Shown here piece by piece: positions 11,806 to 24,610 of a stretch of DNA of 64,000 nucleotides. Source of the DNA: Lama glama (taxonomy: Eukaryota); the NCBI GenBank assembly GCA_028534125.1, contig CM052816.1:22260001-22324000 (forward strand), in the 5' to 3' direction. Each line of letters starts with the position of its first letter. The stretch's first letter is position 1. Under the pieces are notes generated by a model. That model saw nothing but the letters and a program-made list of their open reading frames with translations. It searched no databases and was not told where the DNA came from. A program made the translations under genes and the position numbers.

Positions 11806-13509
11806 GTAGGTACCTGGGTGGGGCCTCGGGGCGTAGTCACGCGTCCACGTGCTGTGTGACAGGCCCACTCGCTCCTCACGGCTGCACTACGTGCAGTGAA
11901 TTGATAGACGTGGAGTAGACATACGTAGGGGAGCATTAAAGGGAGAAGGAAGTGAACAGTGAAAAAGTAATCTCTTGCTTTGCTTGCCAAGTTCTGTGTT
12001 TGTTGATGTTTGCACTGAGCTCTTTGTAGCTGTCTGTCTTCTGAATACTGCAAAACGTTTGCGTTTAGAAGGGAAGATAATAGTTGATTCTCATGCCCCC
12101 GCAAAGTGACTTGGAGGTCAGCTCTTCAGTAACATTTAACCTCTTTCTGTTCTCTCGAGGCCAGTTAGTTGCATTCTCTAAACATATTTATTACATTTAC
12201 TTTATAAAAGATGAGCCTGTATCTGGTATTAGTACGCTGGTGATTTATTTGTTACTGTCACGTAAGTTCTCCTGCGCCAAGCGGAGGATTAGCATTTGTG
12301 CTTGACTGCTGTCTTTTATAGAGGTTTCCGTGAATTTCACTGTAAAGTTCAGAGTTACTCAGCTGAACTCTCATTCCTTAATTTTCATCTAAAGTACAAA
12401 GATGTGTCTAAATGTTCCCTCAAGTGTTTAGAACCAGAAAGTCATAAGGCTTTTATGAACACAGTTATGATACATTGTAAGCTCACTTACTGGACAGCCT
12501 AACAAGAGACTTAAGTGGAGAACAGAGACCTTTAAAGTAGGTAGATGAGTCTCCTGGAAACAGCAAGCAAGTTTGTCACTGCAGTTACTAGGTGTATACC
12601 GCAAAGGAATGACATTGGTAGCTTCCTGGAAAGGAAACAGCTTGTTTGCTTTAAATCTGAAGGAAAAGTACGTTGAAGTGGCTTTGTGGACATGTAAGTG
12701 GTGTCAGGTTGCTGTCAGACACAGTTCTTTCGCTTTGTTTTTGGATCCACGTGGCCCCAGTGGGACCCTGAGACTTCTGTGAATATTGAAGTCACTGTGA
12801 TATATATAAATAGAATGAATGGTTTCAGTTTTATTATAAATGATTAATTTTAATTTCTTTGTCATCAACACATTTCATCCCCACTTCAGTTTTTAAAAGT
12901 GTAACTATATAGGACCAATTCAGTTTTTAGCTCATGGTACTTAGTCAGCCTTTAAAATCTCATTTATACATTATTCTTCGTTCTCTTACTCCTCTTCTAT
13001 GTCAAATAGATTTTGGTTAAATGTAACTTTAACTTTGAGAATAAATTTTGTAAAATCGTTTGTTATAAAAAAAATCCCAAATAGTTACATGTGTTCAACT
13101 CTGAAAGGAAAAAAGGTAACAAGCAATACATAACACTTAAAGTAAGTGTTTTGATGTCTGATCTGCTGATTTAACACTTGGCAATGAACTTGAGATTTTA
13201 AAAGAATGGACATCCTCCGTATTTTTGTATTATCTAGTGAAGCCTAACAATCGGAAGAAGAGGAAAGAACCGATGGCCTTTTCCTCTTTTCATATGTGTC
13301 GCACTGGGGCAGTCTGGGGCCACGGTCAGGGGACTTCTCTTCCGGTCATCACATTGTGAAGGGTTCTTCATCCGTGAGTGCCAGCACTGGGGGAGCTCTC
13401 GCTAGGAGAACCTGGTGCAGCAGGGCGCGTGCCGCTTCGCTCCCCAGCCCCCCAGCCGGCACTCACGGAGTTGCTGCTGCGTGTCCGGCGTCCTTTTGGC
13501 ACTTGCCAT

Positions 13510-13700
13510 TGATCAGTTAATACCATGCTCATAACAGCCTCTAAGTTCTTTTCACCTTTCGTCATATTAGAGATAAGGAAGCTGAAGGCTAGAGAGGTTG
13601 CGGTGTTAATGCATAATCATGTACCTGTGAAGCTGTAGGATAGAAATGAAAATGACGACGGTCTGGCTTCCAGAATGCAACAGGGCATGTAATGTTCGCT
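13510..13700 (-). mobile_element. MIR SINE remnant
   Basis: Core-like ttagagataaggaagctgaaggctagagaggtt...gtctggcttccaga. Confidence 0.6.
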
Positions 13701-13984
13701 CCTATTCATATATGATGAGTTAATTTTTTCTCTTTTACTGTTCTGAGTTTATAATATCTTTTTTAAGGGAATAATAGAGAATCACCTTCAGGGATCCAAA
13801 TGAGAAATAGTGTAACTACACTAGTGTTATCATTGTCAGTCGTGCTGGATATAAGGTGACATTTTGTGAAGGAACAGCAGAACAGGTCTCGTGCAAGGTG
13901 ACTGATGGTGGAACAGCAAACTTCTGGAATCCTTATCTGGTCTTTTAAAAAGATGATGTTAAAGAGAAAACCTAACCATCTCTT

Positions 13985-14484
13985 NNNNNNNNNNNNNNNN
14001 NNNNNNNNNNNNNNNNNNNNNNNNNNNNNNNNNNNNNNNNNNNNNNNNNNNNNNNNNNNNNNNNNNNNNNNNNNNNNNNNNNNNNNNNNNNNNNNNNNNN
14101 NNNNNNNNNNNNNNNNNNNNNNNNNNNNNNNNNNNNNNNNNNNNNNNNNNNNNNNNNNNNNNNNNNNNNNNNNNNNNNNNNNNNNNNNNNNNNNNNNNNN
14201 NNNNNNNNNNNNNNNNNNNNNNNNNNNNNNNNNNNNNNNNNNNNNNNNNNNNNNNNNNNNNNNNNNNNNNNNNNNNNNNNNNNNNNNNNNNNNNNNNNNN
14301 NNNNNNNNNNNNNNNNNNNNNNNNNNNNNNNNNNNNNNNNNNNNNNNNNNNNNNNNNNNNNNNNNNNNNNNNNNNNNNNNNNNNNNNNNNNNNNNNNNNN
14401 NNNNNNNNNNNNNNNNNNNNNNNNNNNNNNNNNNNNNNNNNNNNNNNNNNNNNNNNNNNNNNNNNNNNNNNNNNNNNNNNNNNN
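13985..14484. other. Scaffold gap, 500 N
   Basis: Run of exactly 500 N. Confidence 0.99.
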
Positions 14485-16975
14485 TTGTCAACAAAATATT
14501 AAGAAACTGAATTCAACAGCACGTGAAAAGTATTGTACATTATGATCAGGTGGGGTTTTATTACAGAGGCAGAAGGATGGTTCAACAACCACAATCACAA
14601 AATGTGGTGTACCACATTAACAGAACGTAGGATAAAAATAACATTGTCTCAAAGAAGAAGAAAAGGCATCTGACAAAAGTCAACATCTATTTATGATAAA
14701 AACTCTCAACAAAGTAGGAAAAAGGAGAATGTACCTCAACATAAAAAAGACCACACAGGTGTACCTCATTTTGTTGCTCTTACTGTACCCCACAGGTATT
14801 GTGTTTTTTAACAACTTGAAGGTCTGTGGCCAACTGTGCAGTGAGCAAACCTATTGGCACCATTTTCCCAACATTTGCTCACTTTGTGTTTCTCATATTT
14901 TGATAATTTTCACAATGCTTCAATTTTAAATTATTATTGTATTTGTCATGGTGATCTGTAATCGGTGATCTTTCACATTACTGTTGCAAAAACATTAATG
15001 ACTTGCTTGAATGATGGTTAACATTTCTTATTATTAAAGCATTCTTTCATTAAGATACTTTTCTTTAGACATAATGCTACTGTACACTTAACAGACTACA
15101 GAATAGTGTTAATGTAACTTTTGTATGTACTAGGAAACCAAAAAAACTCATGTGACTCTTTACTGCAAGATCTGTTTCAATGCAGTGATCTGGAACCGTA
15201 CCCCTAATATCTCCAAGGTACGCCCGTATATGACAAATCCACACCTAATACGGTATCGATGGGGAAAAGCTGAAAGCTTTGCCTCTAAGATCAGAAACCA
15301 GACAAGGATGACCACTCTCACCACTTTTATTCAACACAGTATTGAAAGTGCTAGCCAGAGCAATTATGCAAGAGAAAAAAAAAGGCATCCAAAATGAAAA
15401 GGAAAATCCCCCCCAAAAAAACAAACAAAAAAAGTTACAGGAAAAAGGAAAACTCTATTTGCAGACGATGTGAATAGGATATACAGAAAACCCTAAAGAC
15501 TCCCCCAAAAAGCTGTGAGAACTAACAGGCAAATTGAAACTGAAGAACACAGTGAAAGGGGAAATGAAAACATAGAAAGGACAGTCTCTTCAATAAATGG
15601 TGTTGGGAAAACTGGACAATCACATGCCAAAGACTGTAACTGGACCTGTATCTTATACCATACCCCAAAACCAATTCAAAGTGTATTAAAGACTTGAATG
15701 CAAGAACTGAAGCCTTAAAACCCTAGAAGAAAACATAGAGGTAAGCTCCTTGACATCGCTCTCGGCAATGAGTTTTTGGATTTGATACCTAAAGCAAAGG
15801 CAAAGCAAAAATCAATAATTGGTTGATTTTTTTTACATGAAATTAAAAGTTTCTGAATAGAAAAGGAAATTATCAACACATGGAAAAGGCAGCCTACAGA
15901 ACGGGAGACAATATTTGCAAATAATATATCTGATAGAGGTTAAAATCCACAATGTATAAAGAACGCATACAACTCAACAGCAAATAAAAAATCTAATTTT
16001 AAAATGCACACAGGGTCTGAGTAGACATTTTCCCAAAGAAGACATTCAAATGGCCAACAGGTACATGGAAATGTGCTCAACATCATTAATCAGCAAGGAA
16101 ATGCAAAACAAAATCAAAAGGAGACCTTACACCTGTTACAATGGCTACTATCAATAAAAAGGGGGGGTGTGTGGCAAATGTCGGCAAGGATGTGGAGAAA
16201 AGGAAACCCTAGCGCACTGCTGGTGGGATGGCAAATTGGTGCGGCTCTTCCAAAGAACAGTACACAGGTTCCTCAAACACTGAAACACAGAGCGACCATA
16301 GGATCCAGCTATTCCTCTTCTGGGTATACATTTGAAGGAAATGAAATTATTATCTAAAAGAAATATGCATCCTCATGTTCTTGCAGCACATTTATAATGG
16401 CCAAGACATGGAAACCACCTAAGTGTCCATTGACAGCTGGGTAGATAATATAGATACGCACACAGTGAAATTCTATTCAACCATAAAAAACGAGATGGAA
16501 ATACTGCCATTTACAACAACATGGACAAGCCTGGAGGACATTATGCTAAGTGAAGTAAGTTATAGGAAGAGAAAGACACATACTGTACCACCTCACTTTT
16601 ACGTGAAATCTGAAAACCTAAGTCACAGAAACAGAACAGACCAGTTGTAGCCAGAGTCAGGGGGTGGGGGATGGGGGAAGAAGTGGTGGAATTGAGGGAA
16701 GGGGGTCAAAAAGTACGAATTTCCCACTATAAGTAAGGTAAGTTCTGGGGATATAATGCACAGCATGGTGACTACCTTTAACAACACTGTACTGTGTATT
16801 TCATTGTTGCTAAGAGAGTAAATCTTGAGTTCTCATGAGAAGAAAAACATTCTTTAACTGTATGAAGTGACTGTGGTAATCACTTCACAAATATTCATAC
16901 ATCAAGTCATTATATTGTACACCTTAAACTAATACAGTGCTGTAAGCTAATCTCATCTCAATAAAACTGGGGGGA
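14485..16975 (+). mobile_element. Old LINE-1 (L1MA9-like) ORF2 3' half and 3' UTR, internally deleted and interrupted by Tigger1
   Basis: ORF2-like peptides (WGKAESFASKIRNQTRMTTLTTFIQHSIE; ILPFTTTWTSLEDIMLSE); 3' end ctcaataaaactgggg. Confidence 0.92.
14756..15226 (+). mobile_element. Internally deleted Tigger1 (Tigger1a-like)
   Basis: Terminal inverted repeats caggtgtacctc / aaggtacgcccg, flanked by CA (decayed TA) and TA. The L1 host resumes in register: aagacca..tatgacaaatccac. Confidence 0.92.
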
Positions 16976-17389
16976 AGGTGGGGAGAGGCTACTCCTACCC
17001 GTAGACTAGAGGCAGCGAAATAAACTTCAGCTCCGCCATTCCCTCCTATGACCTACTTCTCATCATCTTCATTTCTTACCTCTGAGCCCTACTAAGACTA
17101 AGTTTTCTGAAACACATCACAAGTGTGAGGCATGGTTTTATTCCAATAACGACTGGATAAATCCTAAGCATACCAGGATGACTACACAGAGGTCATATGC
17201 ATCTACTTACAAGTACCAGCAACGATCTGAGCTACTAAACCCACCATCTCCTATCTGCGTCCATGAACTCCTTTACTGCTGAGTCCGACAAACTCTGGAG
17301 GTAAAAAATTACATTACCTTACACTCTACAATTAGTAAGCAAGACATAGTGAAATAGAGCAAGGAAAGGTTTTTAAAAACATCAGACAT

Positions 17390-17570
17390 GTAATAATGTG
17401 TCCATGCTGCTTCATTGATTGTACCAAATTTGCCACACTGATGAGGGACGTTGAGGGTAGGGGAGTATACACGTGCGGGGAGGGCTCTGTGCGAACTCTC
17501 TGTATTTTCTGCTCAATGCTGCTGTGAACCTGAAACTGCTCTAAAAAATAAAGCCTATTAATTAAAAAAT
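17390..17570 (+). mobile_element. L1MC-like 3' end fragment
   Basis: gaactctctgtattttctgctcaatgctgctgtgaacctgaaactgctctaaaaaataaag. Confidence 0.8.
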
Positions 17571-18254
17571 AAATTAGACATAAAAAAGTAACCTTGGGAA
17601 AATGCTATTACCACAACTTTAAAATATACAAAAGTAAATGATTCACAGAGGATTTTAATACCTATTAATATTTAATGAGTTACAATACAGTGCTCAAAAT
17701 TATATATAGCACTTAACTCAGGGCGAGGGGACACACTGAAAACCATGTGAATAATACTGGAGGCCTCTACCTTTTGCTCATTATCTTTATATCAAGTTTA
17801 TTTAATATGGCACAAAAGCCGAAAGATACCTACTCATAGGGCCTAGCTCCTCTGGAATTCTGATGAAGGTACATAACTAGCATTAAGTCTTTAGACTTCT
17901 TTTACTTTTTCACTTTGGTTATTTTATCAATGTTTCTTTCAGTATTTGCTAAAGAGAGTCAAGCTTTTGACATTCAAAACTATCATTTTCCATAAGATAA
18001 ACTTGTTTGTGCAATTCACATATCCTTAGTTTTTAATTTATTTTACTGATTTGGATTAATTTTTGGATTTTTTTATACCTAAAGAGCAGCCTGACCTACA
18101 GCCAGACCTCCTCTGTAATCATCTTTTAATTGTTCTTAAAGGCTATGAGGAAGCTTTAAACTTTTTTTACCACAGTACTTAATGGATATTCAAACTGACC
18201 AAGTGACATTTTATTCCTATCCTTCTGCATAAGTAGGCATAAATCTTTACAGTG

Positions 18255-18702
18255 GACAGATGCCATTTCTTTCTGGAAGCAGCAACCTTCCTCCTTTCCT
18301 TGAAGGAAATCGCCTCTTCCTGACTCCAGCCATACGATTCTGATAGGCTGCCAACCAGCTGTCCACAACCCCAACCAAGGGGTGTGCACACGACACAAAC
18401 TGGGCCATCGTCTGTCCCTGGGAAGGACTGAGGTGGGGACACGCCCCTTCTCCCTCAGGACTGAGATGATGGACCTGGAGCTGAGGCAACCATGGAAAAC
18501 ACATCCACCTCCAGCCAGAAAGTAAGAAGCCAACGTGCAAAGACTCAAGAAAGAGAGATGAAAAGCTCGTCAGTGCCCCAGGTTCTGGACGCAGATGTTT
18601 AAGCAGCCAGATCCACCTTCCCATGGGTAGTAATATGAGCTTGTAAAGCCATCCATCAAAGTCTGGTTTCTAGGATCATAATCAAAAATCCCTGATTAAT
18701 AT
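18255..18702 (+). mobile_element. ERVL solo LTR (LTR16-like)
   Basis: ggtgtgcacacgacacaaactgggccatc...gaagccaac... and a terminal caaaaatccctgattaata typical of LTR16. Confidence 0.55.
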
Positions 18703-19869
18703 GTTACAGGACAAATGCAAGAGAATCAAGGAGTTAGACTGCAAAGACTGAATTAAAAAAAAAATCTGCTCTTCAATAACCGAGTAGCCTGTTTTGGATT
18801 CCAAATTCTCGCATTTAAGCCAAAACTTCAGAGAATAATAAACCTTTTCAGTATGACAGTTATATTATACCTTCCACTCTGGGAACAATAAAAGGTAATT
18901 CTGCCTCTCTGGCTTCTAGAGCTCGGTGTACTCACTAGGATGCAGCAGTGGCCCTCAGGCGAAAGGGCTTATATAAAGTGCCAACTCTATAAAAGATGAG
19001 AGCCTCAACACAGATCACCACCAGAAATCAGAACACCAACCAGAGTTACAAGCAGGGACTCAGATCTAAGTCAAAGTACAGAAAAGCAAGATATTTCATG
19101 TTGGAAAGACTTAAAAAATAGGTTTGTTGCTGGTAATGCACTTAAAATTCAGTGCTAAGTGCAATGCTGCCTCTGTTCTGCCCTTCAGAGCTTAGCTAAG
19201 CTGCCTGCTCCCACTCAGCAGGCCAGGCAGGCTGAGCGGTGGGTTCAGTGAAAGGTGAGAAGACAGTGAACTGACTGTTTTCGTGGGGAGCCCACAGCTG
19301 TACACACCACCTGGTCCTCGCTGTAGAGCCAGTCAGTTCTCTGGAGAACCATCTGCCACAGGCCAGGCTGAGCAGGTCAAGGCTAGCTGCAGGCCTTCCC
19401 AGAAGACGGTGGTTAAAAACCCGGCTTGCTCCTAGTCGGTATCCCCTGTGCCGGCCGGGGGCTATGGCTGTGTTCCGCAAATTCCCACTCTTACCATCTG
19501 TGTTTTATTAGCTCTCATCCATGCTCACCTCTTCTCTGCATTCTTCTCTTTCGTGGCTTTTATCCCTCTTTGTTTTCTAACTCCTTTAATGTCATGTAAA
19601 GTGGGATTTCAAGAGGGAGGAGACTGTGTGTGTGTCAGTCCAACATCCTCACCGTGCTACACACCTAGATCTCCATCCCTGTTAACTGAAAACCATACCA
19701 AACCAAACCAAGATACCTCTGGTAAGAGATGAATTCTTCAAGCTGTGAAGGTCCCATTCATTTCAATTAGAATGTGCTTGGAAATAACCAATGGAGATTT
19801 AAAACAAAACAAAACAAAACCAGCCATCACTTAAACTGAGAGCAAACTGCAATGTATCAACTCAACGCC

Positions 19870-20090
19870 CATAATAAAAGCACTTAGCACACGCCAGGCA
19901 CTACGCTAAGCATGCAGCATAAAGGATCGTACTTAATATGCTCAATCTCTTATCTACCTTAACATACTGAGTCCTGTGAGACAGGTGTCATTCCTATCTG
20001 CACTTAAATTAATCTGCTTCAAAGTCAAACAGTAAATAAGCTCTGGGACTGGAATTCAAACCCTTATCTGAACAACTCCAAAGCCCAGAG
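19870..20090 (-). mobile_element. MIR SINE remnant
   Basis: agcacacgccaggcactacgctaagc...ggaattcaaacccttatctgaacaactccaaagccc. Confidence 0.65.
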
Positions 20091-20250
20091 AAAACTGGAT
20101 CTCACACAAAGAGGAGAGGAAAAAAGGGGGAAACTTACTAGGTTTTTCTTAACTACCCTTAACTTTGGGCCTCCTAAAAATAAGATCAATTTCCCATAGC
20201 TAAGCACCCCTGAAAACATATTTGTCTTATTCTGTTACTAATTTTATCTG

Positions 20251-20335
20251 TTTTTTTTTTTTAATGGAGGTACTGGGGATTGAACCTGGGATCGCATACA
20301 AAGCATGCACTCTACACTGAGCGAGATCCCTCCCC
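20251..20335 (-). mobile_element. Short Vic-1-like SINE
   Basis: Poly-T then aatggaggtactggggattgaacctggg...agcatgcactctacactgagc. Confidence 0.85.
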
Positions 20336-22147
20336 ACTTACCTGTTCTTAATGTAGATGAGAAATGACATCTAGTAATTTCTTTGTTCAGTGTACGGGAT
20401 ATTCTGTTTAATTATCCTATATGCAGGACTGCCAGCTAATACTATTTCCAGTATTTTAATGACTTCTGAATATACGCATATGAACGTAACAGAGACATAA
20501 AGAAAAATCTGTGCATGCTGAGATTCCAGTGAGGACATCACTCAACTGCTACCCAGGCAGACATTCCAGGAACAAATAAAATAAAACCAAAATTAAAACC
20601 ATACAAAATAAAAAGTGAGACGGGGGAAAAAGGAAAATAAGGAATTAGAATGGCAGGCATTTATACCATAAAGTTAATACATATGAAAGTATTCAAACTA
20701 AAGAGGTCTGTAAAAATGACAGATAATAATTAACATTTGATGGCAACAACCTTTTTAAATGTTGAGACACCGCTGATTTCACCATAACTTATCAAAACTA
20801 GTGATGTGTATTTATATAGTCTTATAATTCAATTCCATATCCAATGTGTGTATACACTTCCAATTGGGGAAAATTTATTGAAACACACACTAGAAAGAAA
20901 ACTAGTCTTAAAATGCCAACCAAGACTTTGCCATTAGTTCACTAGCCTTAACTTAGTTTACTAGTAAACTCAATACAGTTTCCAGGTCTGGGTTTGAGTG
21001 CTGCTTCTGACTAGATGTGTGCTTAGATGCCATAAGAGCCATAGCTTTGTGATTGTATGAAAATTATTTTCAGTTCAACAAATCAGGTAACAGATCACAA
21101 ACAAGAATAAAACAAACGATGTCCCATCTGCTAAAACAGAGGACTATAAGCATGAAAAACAGCTCCTCAAAGAACTAAAAGAAACGTCAACCTACAAAAC
21201 TAAATGGGACATGAGCACTAGAAGTATCTTATCTAAAAACTCTGAGGAATCTTTACCATGTACAAAGGTGATAAGAGACACCAGCCTGTAGAGCGCTCAG
21301 TACTTGAAGGAGATACAGCTGAGATCTTAGAATCTGTTTTGCACACAACAGATACTAACAAAATTGATCTGTCATTTCTACCCATTACAAACACATTTTA
21401 GGCACAGAAAGATTAAAAACAGAAAAGTTTTTACCATATGTTTACATCACAGATGAACAGATTAAGTGCTTCTAAAAATGTTCACTATACTGTAGACATA
21501 ATATCAGTCCCAGATAATTATTGAAATACAACTTTAGTATTAGATCCCAGAAATTATTTAAATTCTAATTCCTCTTTAATCACAGATTACACAAAGGTTA
21601 CATAAATATTTTATTCTTCTACAACCCTGAATAACTTATTACTTAGACTTATTCTGCCTGGTACTGATTCCTTTTCTTTCTTTTTCATTCTGATTTTTAA
21701 AATGGTAAAATCTGAGGTCCTTCACTTTCTCACCTATTTGTATAGACCAAGGTCATGAGAAAATCAGGACCCAATCCACACTAAGTCTGGACAAATAAAG
21801 GTTTAATCGTCTTTATTCTTGCTGTTTATGGGTTTATAGAATCCAGGAATCAGTAAAAGCAACACAAAGCTTCACGCTATTGGTGTTTCAGAAGCACCTT
21901 AATTTTAGCCATTTTAAGAATTCAGTGCCTTATGAAAAGATGCAGACTTTCACACCATTTACAAATAACAGAACTTGTAATTGAAGAAAGTGTTTTCTAA
22001 ATAAACACAACAATCTCCCAGATGTGGTCAGATGACCTGCAAACAATAGATCTTTCAAGAAATGTTTCAGTATTCACATAAGCCCCCAGTTAACAGGAAC
22101 TCACACTGACTACTTAACATGGCCTCACAGATGAGGAAGATTTTCTT

Positions 22148-22273
22148 GTTTTCTGAGGGGGAGGTAATTAAGTTTCTTCATTGAGTTCCCCTTAGAGGAG
22201 GTACCGAGGATTGAACCCGGGACCTCTTGGGTGTTGAGCATGCGCTCTACCACTTGAGCGAGACCCTTTCCCC
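22148..22273 (-). mobile_element. Vic-1-like SINE with perfect 14-bp TSD
   Basis: tRNA-like head; aggaagattttctt at 22134-22147 and 22275-22288. Confidence 0.93.
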
Positions 22274-23009
22274 AAGGAAGATTTTCTTTATGAAAATAAA
22301 GATAGTATTTTCTAATGAGCATGTAGAAAAAAATTAAGTTAGGACTTATTTGCCACCTATATATATATTTTTTTTTTAAATTATTTGACCGCAGTGGTTT
22401 TTCACTCTTCCTGTTCATAAAAAAAAAAAAAAAATTTCCCTGAGTTTCTTTACTTTTTCTTTCGGTAGAAATTGTTTTATCACAGTACAAGTGACATAAT
22501 CCAGCTTCTCAACTCCAGAGCTCCATGCTCTGACCTGTTCTGTATTCAGTGGTCTGCAGTGTGGGACATGCTCACCTGAGGGAGGGTTCAAAATGACCTG
22601 CTGGAATATGAGAGCAAAACACTACAACTTTTATTTTTACTCTTTGTCTTTTTTAAAAAATTAAGTTCTACTAATAATTAGTATATAGAAAGCCCAGTAG
22701 ATGCCTGGTGGCTACTGACTGTATTTCCTTCTACAACAGTTACTAGAAACAGAGTAAGTAGAAAGCACTGAATTAGATTAATGCTTAATCACACTTGAAA
22801 CCAAATACAAGAATGAAAAAGCTTATAGTACAGTATAATGTCTTAACTTAATCTGCTTCAGTTTAAATTAATGTGTCTTTTCCTGTACTCTGAAAGAAAT
22901 GATCTTACACTATAATACAAACGGAATACAATGATGAACAAAAAATGTGAAAGAAGAGCTGAATTGGAGAATATTATTTCAAGAAATCTCCAATTTGTGT
23001 ATAATCCTG

Positions 23010-23600
23010 AAGCTCTCAACCTAACAGTTAAAAAAAAAAAAAAGTCAGGTACCTTTCATGCTCATTGTATTAAAATGCAAGATAATGCAAGGTTAAATCG
23101 TTCCTCTCAGACTGATTAAAAAACTCAAAGTCTGAAAGCACCATGCATTGATGAGGTTATGAACAATGGCCAGTACACTCAAACCACTGGCAGGAGTGCA
23201 AACTGATCACACCAAACTTAATAAAATACTTTGGTCTAGCATGGTAAAAATTAATGTTAGACTTTAGAACTAGTCAGAACTAGTTACTTCACTCCTAGAT
23301 AATAACCTAGAGAAACTCAAGCATGTGTTCACCAGGCAACACAAACACAAAGGCACAAAGTGCACTGTTCTCAACAGTCTCACCCTGGTAACAACCTAGA
23401 TTTTCAACAGGACTATTTGAATGTGCATGGTATAGTCATATAAAAAAATGTTCAAGAAAAATGGAAATGAATTTCGGCTATCTGCCTCAACATGGATTAA
23501 TTTTACAAATATAATACTGAAATGGAGAAAATACAATTACATCCAGGAGAACTTCACTCTTTTAAAGTTAAAACAGGTAAAGTATATTGTTTACAGAAAA
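23010..23600 (+). mobile_element. Ancient L1 (L1ME-like) 3' remnant
   Basis: Degenerate ORF2 end: ggcaggagtgcaaactg...tcaacatggattaattttacaaatataatactga. Confidence 0.6.
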
Positions 23601-24134
23601 ATACAAAAAAGTAAAATTGACAACATATCTATCATACTCACACCTCATTTAGGGTGTGTGGAATTGTGATTCCTCAAAAAGAAAGTTCTAAATGGATCTA
23701 CGTCCTCGAAGGTCATTATAGCATAGTACTGATGGAGACGCACCATACTTGAGCAAACACTCTTACTTTATATAAAACCCCTGGAATTACGGAATGCCCT
23801 CAGCTAGAGTTTTCCTCTAGCCACCTCTCACAGAACTGTTGGTTCATCTGTGCTTTTCACACACACACCCCTACTACTATACATTAAAACTACACATGAG
23901 AACAGCAGCAGCAGAAAGAAAAGCCGCTGCAGGAAATAAACCAGCTAACTGCGGGACGCAGCCCGCGCTGCCCGGCAGACCACTGCGGGGCTCCCCGGCC
24001 GCGCGCCCGGCAAGGAGAAGCGGCTCACCGCCTGCAACGCGCCGCAGGCCACTCGGTGCTCGCTCTCAGTCTGGGCACACAAACCGGTGGGAAAAGGCTG
24101 TGTTCTTCCGCTTGCGAGAACAAAAGCACTCAAT

Positions 24135-24610
24135 GATTCCCCATTTCACAAAGTATGAAACCCAGTCTTCCCGTGGCCTGGAAGGCCATTCGTGACCTGG
24201 CCCTCAGCTGTCTCGCTGACCTCATTTCCCACCGCTGCCGCTTGGCTCCCAGCCACTCTGCCCTCCTAGACGTTCCGCACACACACAGCCCTGCACCAGC
24301 AGATCTCCTGTACTCACAAGGCCCCAGACTAAAATGCTCTTCCCTACGCATCCGTGTGCCTTGCTGCCTTAAATCTCAGCTTAAATGTCACTTCATCAAA
24401 GAAGCCTTCCTGGTACACCCTCATTACCCCCATTTCTCCTTTTCTATCTCCTTTTCTTGCTTTCTTTTTCCACAGAGCAGTTATCACCTGATGTCACAAT
24501 CACTAAATACCTCTTCCACTAGAATGACAGCCATGAAGGCAAAAACAGGATCTGTTTTGCTCACTGTTACTTCATCAGTACCTGGCTCACTGCAGAAATA
24601 CCGGTGTTAC
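24135..24610 (+). mobile_element. L2 3' end
   Basis: aaatctcagcttaaatgtcacttcatcaaagaagccttcctg...ccatgaaggcaaaaacaggatctgttttgctcactg. Confidence 0.8.

Noticed and set aside
11806..13984. Final CDC42SE2 coding exon (expected to begin about VSSIQNQMQSKG)
   Set aside because: Not found by eye on either strand; expected outside the window once contig 1 is flipped.
13763..14510. Long ORFs of 243 and 201 aa (also 30711-31316 and 47810-48484)
   Set aside because: They run through N gaps and are artefacts.
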